Origin: Paragordius varius | Lineage: Eukaryota > Animalia > Nematomorpha | NCBI GenBank assembly: GCA_964247055.1 | Contig: OZ176056.1 | Location: forward strand, 8,432,001 to 8,496,000 | Length of the DNA: 64,000 nucleotides | Direction: 5' to 3' | In this document: positions 13,601 through 25,300 of the stretch, piece after piece | Position numbering within the stretch: the stretch's first letter is position 1 | Layout: every line of letters starts with the position of its first letter | Position numbers and translations under genes: made by a program | The notes under the pieces: generated by a model | The model's database searches: none | Seen by the model: only the letters and a program-made list of their open reading frames with translations | Told to the model about the DNA's origin: nothing

Positions 13601-14448
13601 AATATATATACATATATATAAAATCAATATTTTGCTAACAAAGTAGAAAAACATTTTTTTTATAATGTTAATTTTAACTGTGTGATTATCATTATATCGA
13701 TATACTATAATGTATTTTTATTTTTAACATTGTAAATTTGAGAAAAAAATATTTTAGCCAAAAATATGTTTGAAAAACAAAATAACACATATATCATCAA
13801 TAAAACAATAGATAATTTTTTCTATAAAATTTATAGTAATATATACATAGGCGCGGTTTAAATTTTATTTTATGTTCACTTTTTCACTATGCGCTAAAAC
13901 ATTGGATATGAAATCAATAGAAATAAAAGATAGCTAAAAGAAAATTAAAAACTAAAAAAAATTTAATTTCATAAAAAAACAACATTATAAGATATAATCT
14001 GAATAGAATAGTTTTTAGTTACAGTTATATCATCTTTGTTTGTTATTTTTCTTTGACAATATAAATTTGATCCAATTATCATTCCAATCAAAACCTATCT
14101 TTTGAAAAAAATCTTAATATTCTTAGCACTACAATTCAATATATATGGTGGTCATCTCTTCACACACGTGTATGACTCAAATATATTGATTTTTGATAAT
14201 ATCAACGATTGACTATATTATGGAAATAATTCTTTCCAAAAACTAATGCTGTTCTTTTCCAAATCATTGGTGATTATATGGCATAAAATTATTGGTGATT
14301 AATATTTATGATAACCATCTACGCGACAAAAGAAATTACACACGTGTGTAGTAGTGAGGAAAAAATATTATTGTAATTATAAAATCCAATATGGACATTG
14401 ATTTTCCTTATATATTATAGCAAACACTGGCTTACCACATCGCCTACA

Positions 14449-17400
14449 ATGAATAACATAGCTGCTAATAATGTATTATTTTCACCTCGTAAGAATAATA
14501 ACACCACCATTGTGAATCCTATTTCACCATTCATAAATGTGGTCATTGATTTCTTTGAAGGACCTAAAAACAATATCGCTGGTGTTTCCAATCACAACAG
14601 TTATAACTATGAAACATTAACAAATTTTTCAGCTATAACTGAAAGTGACGTTCCCTCTACCTCGCAGTTCTTAATTTCAAAACTCAAAAATTTTGTCCGT
14701 GATGTTGGGGATGATCCTAATCAATTCCTTCAAAGGTTACAAGACTTAAGTAGCTTCGCATCATCGGATAGTTCTAGTCTCGCATTATTAACTAACCAGG
14801 CGGCCCAGGCCAGAAAATACTATAGTAAAATCCCTGGACAACAATCTTTCACTACAAACTCTCTTATTAACATACATAATAGCTCTGTTAACGTTTATCC
14901 CTCCATAATGTTACCTAGTGTGGATTCGTATGAACATACAACACCCTATCTCATTGCTAAATGCGTATTCATCATTCTGTTAACATTTGCCATAGTAAGC
15001 TTGAATACAACCGTGATATGGGTCCTTACACGGTATCGTGAAACGTTGAATCTCGAACTTTACAGTTATTATAATTTATCGATTGCTGTGGCTGATTTGC
15101 TTATGGGCTTACTAGTAACGCCACTTTCCATCTACCCCGTTTATATGGGTTATTGGGTTTATGGCAATTTTGCCTGCAAATTCTCATCTTACCTCCAAGT
15201 TGTGATTTGGATCGTGGTTTGGTGCCATTTTATGTGGATTGGAGCTGACCGCTATTTAGCGCTGAGAAAACCTTACAAATATGAGAATGGGAGTTCACGG
15301 TAAAACTCACATCAGTTTTTTATATAACATTTGTCATCATTATTTAAAACAGGGATTGTCCAACTCGCTGGCCGCATGGAGGGTATTATGTGCGCTCTGC
15401 GAAAAGATTTGTATGGTAATTTGAAAAATAATAATGTGCTACATAAAATTTGGTAAAATGGATATTTCTTAAGCAAAAGTTTTTTTTGTCTTTCCAAATG
15501 GCCACCAACTAGTAATAAATCTTGTATCTTGTGTTTGCATTTTACAGTCCACAATGTTCAAAATTTAATAAATATTTTTGAATGTTAATACGTATATATT
15601 TCAAAAGCGGCGCGCGAAGGCGTTTAGGTTGAACCCTAATGTAAATATGCCGTTTGCAATGAATTACATGTGTAAAATATAGCAGAAATCACAGATGATT
15701 CTTGAATTTTTTTAGAGATTATTGTTCAATTGTAAGGAGGGATCCCCTTAAACTACACCACTCATTATAACGTGGTAAAGCTATGTTATCATACCTTTTT
15801 TAGCCAAATATTATTTAATCAACTTTACATTTTATTGTCGAAATATGTAAGATGCAATTTTGCACATTTGACGACATATTTCGAAATAAGGGACAACCTT
15901 TGTCATTTAGAATCGTCTAGCCTATGTAAAATTTTATTCAAAGAGCTGACCAATGCCCAGTTATATGCCTCTTTTTTTTTATGATGTCTATTCAAAATTT
16001 ATTCCCTTTGTCTTATAGTGAGAAGAATTATTTAAATGAAGGACTGTGTAATATATAACACATAATAAATAACATTGGTCTGTTTTCCTGCAAAATTTGC
16101 AGTAGTCTAGGGATTTGTTTTACATTTTTATTAATATATTATTAAAATTATTATTATTATAATTATATATAGTAAAGAGAAATAATATTGGTTTTTGTTA
16201 ACATAGAGAGAGATAAGATGTAAATTACAAAAGCGATTCTATATATATATATACTCGATCACATATACCAATTATCAAGACTTTAAAACCAATAATAAGG
16301 CTCTTTACTGTATCACCACCTAATTAGTTAATGTATATGTAAATTATTTGTCCCACTGCTTAAATATACCATGTCCTTGTCTTAATAAATAATTCGTTAT
16401 ATACGCATTTCTGATAACTTTTTTTAGTTTTAATATGATTTATATAATAATATTGAAAATAAAAACATTTAATTACTAAATTCCGGTTTTAAAATGCAAA
16501 AAAGTCGAGACTTTCAACCGTTTTACCTAATATTCTATTTTTTGTTATCAACTTTTTTTTAATTCTGAGAATAGTTTTAATTTTTAATTAATACCAACGC
16601 TCCCTGTAAGAATATGCCTGTTCACAAACACTGACTTATAGGCATTCTTGAGCTTAACAGGCCTAAAACAATTATATTAATATATTTTTCGAACAATATT
16701 AGGATATTTATGTGACCGATCGTTGTTGAGTTTTAACAAATTTTTGTTTTCCAGTTTATAATAGGCCTTAAAAATTTTTAAGTGTCTTTGATGATTTGCC
16801 AATTTACTACATGGGTCAAAGATTATCCTTCATCATTGTAATTATGCAACACTATTATAAGTTTAAACAGCTTAAACAATTCAAACCTTTTACATTCATT
16901 TTAGGAAAACGCGCTACAAGTGTTGGATAGCATTTTGTTGGTTAACTGCCACCCTTATCACATCACCGCATCTTTATGGATACACCTGGTCTCGATACAA
17001 CCTAGACACGTACCTGTGTGTCCTGGATTGGAGACTAATGACAGCTTATTCGCTTACAGTCGGTGTCCTTATTATGGTACCGACATTTTGTACGTTAGCT
17101 TTCACTTACACTCGAATATTTAGTCAACTCATTACACAATACCGAAGTATAAGGGCTACTTTGTTAGCCCGTGCCAGGGGTCAATCTATCCCCACAAATG
17201 CGGCAAATACCTTACTCCTATTAGCTGGCGGAGGTCGTCCCAATACTACGTCACCCTATAATGGCCGACGCAAAAAGAATAAAAACCAGAATTCGGCATA
17301 CTTGAACAACAATACAAAGTATTCACGATTATCTCATGCGTTTGCAGACTCGTACAAACGCATAAGGAAATCGATTGTAGTACCAGGGTTTGGATTACAT

Positions 17401-19252
17401 CCACACTCTTCTCCACACCACCATGCTTATGAAAATGCACAGAAACATTCGCCCATGAACAATGATGAAATCAATTTTCCGCTAATAGAAAAAGCACCAT
17501 CATCTATTAAACAGAGCAGACAGGAGTTTGGTACGATAAATACTTTTATAACAATTTGTGAAAAAAATTTCACAATCCCAGTTACTCTTTTGACATTAAA
17601 AATGTGATTAACTTGTTTGGCACTTAAGATAATGAAATAAAAAATGCGTTTAAAATTGTTAAAAGCTTGATTTAAAAACTTTAATGCGTATTCATTACAC
17701 TTAAATATTTTTTTATAATACGATTTATTAAACCTTTTTAAATTTCCATTTCGGTAACAAACCTGTTAATCACATGTTATCAAAAGAAAAGCGCACATAT
17801 GTATAAACTGAAACTTTTCATACAAAACTGATATTTTAATAAAATACTTTTAATTTACAACAAAAATTCTGTTTTTCCATTTTAGACACTTTCTTTTCTT
17901 GATTTTAAAGCATTTTCTAACACAAGTTTATAAATTTTTGTATTTTACTTATCAATCGATTTAGATATTTTTAGCCATTTACTTAAATTTTGAAACAACT
18001 GGCTGTAATCAGTATTTTGTATTTGTTTTCATAAACAAGGGACCCTCAAATTTTTCGGACTTATTCAAAAACGTTTTTTGACTCTGTATTAGGCATAATA
18101 TTGATGCATTTTTATCATCTAAAAAAATAAAAACAAAATATAAAAATGAAGATGACATATTTAAACGTACTACTTTTTTGATTGGTAGTTATTTTCTCAA
18201 AAAAATTTTTGTCCAGTGAAAATATGTAATAAAAAAGCAAGGTGTAACATCAAACCTCACAGAAAATTATGATATACAACCAAAGTAAATATTTCAAATT
18301 TGCATGTAACAATAGGTAATGATATAACCCTTTATTTACATTTTTCATTTCAATATAGAATTGCAACCAAAAATTCCTACCACAGGAAGCGGAGATTACG
18401 TCATAACAAACCTTAAAAAATCAGTGTCTAAATCAAAACTAAACCTAAAAAATACGACTAATCCACCGTCTATGTCATCGCCTCCTATCGTGTTACCTAT
18501 TGTACCGGGTGGGCCTGGGACCAGCTTAAAAGGTAAGCGAAAAAGTGATTTAACCGATTTTCCTATCCCCGAACCAAACGTATCGTCATCAATTCTGTTG
18601 CCCTTTAAACTCATGAGTGTTGGGAGCTATCTTTTATCCTTCATAAATATAATTATATTTGTGGCATCTTGGATACCATGGGTAGTGTTAAAAGTGCATA
18701 CATATATGGCTCATGAGTTAGAGGGATTAACTCGCCCTACTCCGACTTATACGTTATTATTGAATAGCACATCATATGTGGATAAGGATCAATCCTTTAA
18801 CGAAGCGGCCGGAGGAAATTCCATATCTAATTTAAGTAAGCCTAAAGTTTTCTTAAAAAATTTAGATATATTGCACAAAAGTTTTATTTTAAATCTTAGA
18901 GTTTTTGGGTACATATTAGATCCTATAATAATTATAACATTGTGCTTTAGATAGGTTCAGGAAAGCTGTTTCCAACCCTAGTACCCATGATATGAAACCA
19001 CCGTACAATGATATGACTACGTCACATATTTCATTTTTTCAAAATCCCAACCATCCCGAATTGGAATTCGTAACTTCATGGATCATTATAGCTAATTCCA
19101 TGTTCAAACCTATGTTTTATCTCATTTTTGACAAAAAATTTCGGTCCCTAGTTTGTAACTTACTTTTGGGGCAAAGTTCTCAACAATCGGCTCAAAATCA
19201 AAATCAACCCAATGTAAATCCTATAAACAATATGAACCTAAATATGATTTAA
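14449..19252 (+). CDS. Orphan rhodopsin-like (class A) GPCR, 751 aa, resembling the invertebrate GPR21/GPR52-like (Drosophila CG13579-type) orphan family
   Basis: Exons 14449-15299, 16905-17530, 18359-18835, 18951-19252 (2256 nt, phases match). Seven hydrophobic segments with TM1 SLNTTVI, TM2 SIAVADLLMG, TM3 GADRYLALRKP, TM4 CWIAFCW, TM5 IMVPT, TM6 ASWIPW, TM7 ANSMFKPMFY. The family assignment is recalled from the FMW...DRYLAxRKPxxYE...KTRxxCW pattern and was not searched. Confidence 0.88.
15350..15410 (+). mobile_element. 5' fragment of a hAT (Charlie-like) element
   Basis: cagggattgtccaactcgctggccgcatg...gctctgcga resembles the left end of the element at 23191. No matching right end was found. 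Confidence 0.35.
16170..16312. mobile_element. Small MITE with (c)agtaaagag ends
   Basis: agtaaagagaaataatattggtttt ... aaaaccaataataaggctctttactgta inverted repeat; the same end ctctttactgta also occurs at about 6420. Confidence 0.5.
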
Positions 19253-21104
19253 ATACAAGACATCAATCTTTTTTAACCATTAAAATTGTTTTACAGGGTT
19301 TCCCCCCACACAGGTGCGATAGTTTAGGCAATAAAACCCTTTTTTAATTAATGTGCATAGATGAAAATTGTGATATAGATTATTATTTGAGTATAACGCA
19401 GAACTGGTGATAAAATCTAGTCTAAGCTCTCTATTGTATATAATCTATTTTTTAGAATATTCCACCATATAATAATATTACAACATTAATATATGTTAAT
19501 TGAATTATACATTTTAAATTATCCAAATTTTAATATATGATTGCAAATCATATTTATTTTAATTAATAAAGAAGGTCTAAATAACAAATGAATTTTTATT
19601 TAACACTTCATCTTTTCACTTTTTTGTCCTAGTTTAGCTTTTGGGGTAGTTACAGAATTCAATTTTATAAATAAACTACAGTTTTAAAAAAATTATTTGA
19701 GTCAAAATTTGATATCAATATTTTTCTCATGTATTAGATAAAAGCTTATATTTTTTACAGTTTGTGACTTCTAGAGTCCAAAACACGACTTAAACAAACA
19801 GCTGATATTAAAATCAAAATATATCAAGCATGAATGTTTTTTAAAGTAAATTCATAATATATATTTGCATGTTGCATTAAGGATAAAAAAAATGAGGGGG
19901 AAAAGCTTACAATTTTACATTTTTTTATTTTTTTTTAAATGCACCTTCAAGGCTGAAGAAATTATATTTTAAATTTGTTTGATACATTAATTACTTTTCA
20001 AGTATTCAATTTTGATATCGCTCTGGATCACTACAAAAGGTAATGGAGTGTTAAAAGATTTTAGCGGAGTTTTTTTTGTCAATCAAATAAAAATGTGATG
20101 CTAATTTTTAAGTTAAGGTTAATTGTTTAATTTATAGATGTTAAATTATAAATAAACAGAACAAACAATTGTTGTACACTAATATAAAATTTTCTGCAAA
20201 AAATAATTAAATATTTAATATGGTATTATTAAAAACTTTATCTTAAGGAAATTTTTAAAAATTCTTACTGTACAATCTCGGCATTATTTCGCTTAATTTG
20301 AGAAGACCATTTTAGAGGGGTCTAAAAAATAGATTTCGAAGTTTATGAAATTAAGGTTTAATAAATATTATTATTTAATTATCGTTAATGGTATATTATA
20401 AAGCTTTTTTTGTGGGGTATTGGGGATCGATTCGAAATTCGAATATTTTAAATATCCTTAGGATTAGGCTATATCTAAAATATACACTTCTAGACTTTCA
20501 GAGGCATGACTCAAAATATTTAAAAAATTTAAATGGTCAACACATTTAATTTAGCCGTCATTTTTTTTATTTTTTTATTTCGTTATTACAACTGTCATTG
20601 TAAGATTTATGTTAGAAAATTTCATTAATATAAGTTTTTCAATAACGATTGGACAGCTTTTAGTATAAATTTATTAAGTCTCAAATCAGCTGCTAACAGG
20701 TTTTAAAACAATCTAAATTTATCCTAGAACAGAAGTGTTCATACGGCACACTAACGAATGCTACACCTTGAAATACTCTCTGCCGCCCGCAAATGATTAT
20801 AAAAATACCAAATATCAAATATAATTTGCGAAAATATTTATATGAAAAACTTGGTTGAATACTAAAATTAGTATTTTGTTATTGGTTAAATATTTTTAAA
20901 TTTTACCTGAAAACATTACTCCAATAATTTAATACCCTTCCTAATCGCAATATACGATTTGCCTATGGTATTTTCGGTATAAATCCCAAATATCGGAAAG
21001 ATTATGAAGTTTTTTCAGAATACTTTTTTTAAAAAAGTGTATTGAGTCATATACCGGCGAATGCATTCATCTAAATTTGGTTTAATATTCCGAATATATT
21101 TTAA

Positions 21105-21616
21105 CACTTGAATACAACACATTCATATCAAACCTTCGATTTAAGTAGGACACCCCAGGCCTGTAAAAATTAAATACCTTATAAAATATGGAGGAATAGA
21201 AACCATGGCAATTGCATTTATATAACATAAATAAACCGGAATATATAGAAAAATTACTAAAATACTTGTTATTACTTTTTAAGGTACCCAAAGCTAAAAA
21301 TTTAGTTAACCAGACATGTATGCGTTGGCTAAATAAAAAGCAAAAAACCACATATTTATATCAATGATATATGATAAAAAATAAGCTTTAATTTTATCTT
21401 TATATTTAAAACAGGATATTTTGCAAAAACTTTGCGAAACAATGGCGTCCAAGTAATTTGACATGGACCTTTTTTTTCAAAACATATATTATTTAGATAT
21501 TTTGGCTTATTATAATTTTTATTAAGATAGAAACAATTAAAATTGCTACAGTTACCTTATGTAGTCTTATAAAATATTAACCAAAATTTAGTCGGGGTCC
21601 AATTTTAATTAAAGTG
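21105..21616. mobile_element. Family D non-autonomous element, TTAA-flanked (piggyBac-like)
   Basis: TTAA|CACTT ... AAGTG|TTAA; the interior (aaaccatggcaa, gacatgt, atggcgtc.aagta.tttgacatgga) matches the copies at 50520 and 56457. Confidence 0.75.
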
Positions 21617-22340
21617 TTAACATATCACATTTTTATATTTTTGTTATAATTTGCATTTTGGGGTAAGTTATCCTAGACTTTTATTTTGTTAATACATTAT
21701 AGTTTTAAAAGTTATTTTTGTTAAAATTTAATTATTAAACTTTGTACTACTTTATTTGTGCAAATTTTTAAAGTCTTAAATTAGGACAGCTCATATTTAA
21801 ACTAAAATATATCAAGTTTTTGATGACAAAATTTAACATTAAGATTTTCAAAATAATTAATATATTTACCATAATATGCATCAATTTATCTATTGCATCC
21901 GTGATCTAAAAAAACTATATTAAAACAAAAAGGTAAATGAGAAAATATTATATTGGTTTTAAAAAAAATCTAATACGAAAAGGCTATAAAGAAAATATTT
22001 TAATCGGTTCCATAAATATTTTTTAGATATGCGAATATCCCATTACCAATGGATATAAAACTACCCAAAACATAATGGAACGTTAAAAATTGTATTTAAA
22101 TTAATTTAGAGGAAAAAACTTAAAAGGTAATAAGGTTTTAAAATTAATTCTAATATCTAAATGTAAATAATTGTATTTTCAATTCAAGGCAATACCTTAT
22201 AAAAATTATTTATATTTAAATTTTTGGTATTCAGCAAGTATTATTTTTACACTACAATTTTGTCATTTGTTTTAACTCAGGCGTGTGCTGAAATAGAAAG
22301 GCGCTAACCATATGCCAAATTTAAAAATTTTTATTTTTAA

Positions 22341-25300
22341 ATGACCAAATATTTTGTGTCTTTTTTACGATATTCAAGTTCATTTTCTTCCAGGCATATT
22401 GGTCCAAATGCTTTGGAAATTGATTTAATGCTTAAACAAATCGGTTTTAAAGTACATAGCATATATATCTAATAATTTATAACAGAGTTTGGATGATCTA
22501 ACAAACCAAATTGTCCCAAAAAATATTCAATTGAATAAACGTTTGGACTTAAAATATATTTCTGAAAGTATTATATATTGTATAAGTTATTTAGATGAAC
22601 CTAGTTTTTTACAAACGGCCTTGGATATGGCTAATAAAAATGCGGTCTGGAAAACATATATTGGTCAAGGATTTTATAATTGCAATATTCCATATCCTAT
22701 CATTCGAAACGTTTTGGAAAATCCTGGCTGGTATATAAAATTATTATTTCGCTATTAATTCAAGGTCGCATAATAATATATTTGCATTAATTGTTTTGTT
22801 ATTGTCTACATATTAGTATAAATATAATATCAATTATGATTAATTACTATGTAGATAGTAATTAATTTGGAAATTTAAATCAATTATAATTATGTATTGT
22901 CTGATTGAAAATTTTTTTTATACATAATAAAGTTTAATGGTTTATTGAAAATCAATTTTTCACCCAAAAGTGGACATATTAAATATTCAAATATTATTAA
23001 TTTTAACAAACAATTTTACAATAAATCTTCGATCAATATACTCTTTAGGAAAAAATAAATTTTTAATTAACACATAATATTAAACATTTTTGACTTTCTT
23101 ATTAAGAAGATCGAACTCTAAATTTGTCATATTAAATTTTTTTGATTGCTTTCAAAGCGAACGGCCATGAATTTTAATTATACCTTAGACCAGGGGTGTC
23201 CTATACGTGGCTCTGCGAGACTATATGTGGGCCGCTAAAATTATAGAAATCCTAATTTTGCAAAAATATGTTCACAAAATCTTACCTAAATTAATTTTTC
23301 TTACCCAATTTTTCTGAATAAGTCAATATAATTGCCAACGAACTTGAAAAATGTTATTTTGAAACGCAGTCTTATGTTTATATCTAATAAATTGTTATTT
23401 GTAAATGCCCATATAAATATTTCAAATGCGGCCCGCCGTTTGTTAAGCTTAAAATTCGGCCCGTGAAGTTAATTGTATTGAACACCCTTGGCTTAGACTT
23501 ATCTTCAATATAAAACCTATTTCAACCCTTAATCTAAATTTCTAACCTTTGTGATACGGTCTTAAAATTAGGGGGGATATAGGGATACTTATTTGCATTG
23601 CTTTTTTCGCAAAAAAACCAAAAGGTTAGACTAAAATTAACTTATAATGGTTAAGAAATATGATTTCTTCTATAAAATATACTATTTTTTATTTCTACAA
23701 TTAAATTATTTTCTTAATATATACATTATATATATAGGTATACAGCATACACTCCATACCAATGTGAAATAGCTCAGGGCAGACTTGAAACACTTTTTCA
23801 TTTCCAAACGCTGGTGTGTGAACTAACCGGTTTACCGGTTTCGAATGCCGGATTGCTTGATGAAGCCTCGGCTGCTGGGGAGGCCATGTGTATGGCAAAC
23901 CGGTGAGTTCCCTACTTTTTTATTTTTTTTTTCACGTTTTTTGGATCGATTGAAATAGTTGGGTTAAATTTACGTGGATAAAATATATAGGCATTAAAAG
24001 CAAATAACGTTGTATTTTCACAATCAAGTGCATTTCCTTCATATTAACTTACTTATCCCCATCATGAATGAGTTTTTTTGTAAATATTTTTAATTAATTT
24101 TCAGTATTTTCAAAATTTATGTACAAAAAATATGGTAAAATGTTTGAATTTTATTGTTTTTGGCTCTATAAGATTTGAAATTATCTATAATATGCAGGTA
24201 GCATCAAGTTATATATACAGTATGCATTAAAATGGTTGCCTATTTTTTCACACTATAGTAGGAGGGCAATTTGGAACACAACAGGAGAGTGTATGGAAAA
24301 AAAGAAAGGAAATAATTGTTTATTCATACCATTTTGTTGTTTTTTCCATACACTACTGTTATGTTGCAAATTTCCCTAGAACTTGATTACAATTTAAATA
24401 CTTGAACTTATTTCTTAAAAAATGCAAAAAGTGTAGATGTTTGCCATGAGCTAATTAATTTATAGTATAGTTTATATTGAAAATCTTATTATAAAGGGGG
24501 TCTTTATGGAGCAGTTCCACATATTTAGTTGAGGTTTCACATTTTTTCGAATAAAAAATGATTCCTTAAAAAAATCTCTATATATATTTGAAACCATTTT
24601 TTTTTCCAATCCAAAATTAACGGTTTTAGTTTTAATTCGCGCATGCCCCAAAATAAACATCATATTTTTTTTAAAAAAATATTATTTGTATAAAAAATTA
24701 TTTTTTTTTCAATTTTATCTGTTTGATTTCATTGCAGAATAAATGGGAAAAGGCATTTTTTAGTTTCGTCCCAATGTCATCCACAAACGTTAGGCGTTCT
24801 TTTCACTAAAGCCAGGTATGTATATATTTTCTTCATAAATACTTTTAAAACATTTGATAGTAAAAATTAATTTGTTTAAGGCACCAAAGTGAAATCTTTA
24901 AAATATTTTTGTTATAAAGTTAAACAAACTTAATTAAATGGTTTTTTTAAATAAAACCTTAATAATTCTCGCCTCAAAACAATAATGAGTTTCACGGTAG
25001 AAATTTTTAGTTTCCAAAGAAAAAATATAAAGTTTTAAGGACGAATTTTTTTTACCATAGTTTTTTAACCCTTAAGTTTTTTTATGTAACCTTTTTTTGG
25101 GTTGCAAAACAAGATAAAAACATATTCATAAATGTAAAATTGAAATTTAGAATAATGTGGACTGTCTTTTAGCTACATTTTGTACATATATATATATAAA
25201 TTATAATAAAAAATTACATGATATATGTTAGATTTTTAGGATATACCATAGAATTGTGCCATGAACTAACACAAATGGAATCAAGAATGTTAGAAAATAA

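Noticed and set aside
20480-20570. Short matches (agactttcagag, gccgtcatt) between about 20490 and about 54150
   Set aside because: Possibly an old repeat family, but the matches are too short and discontinuous to define boundaries.
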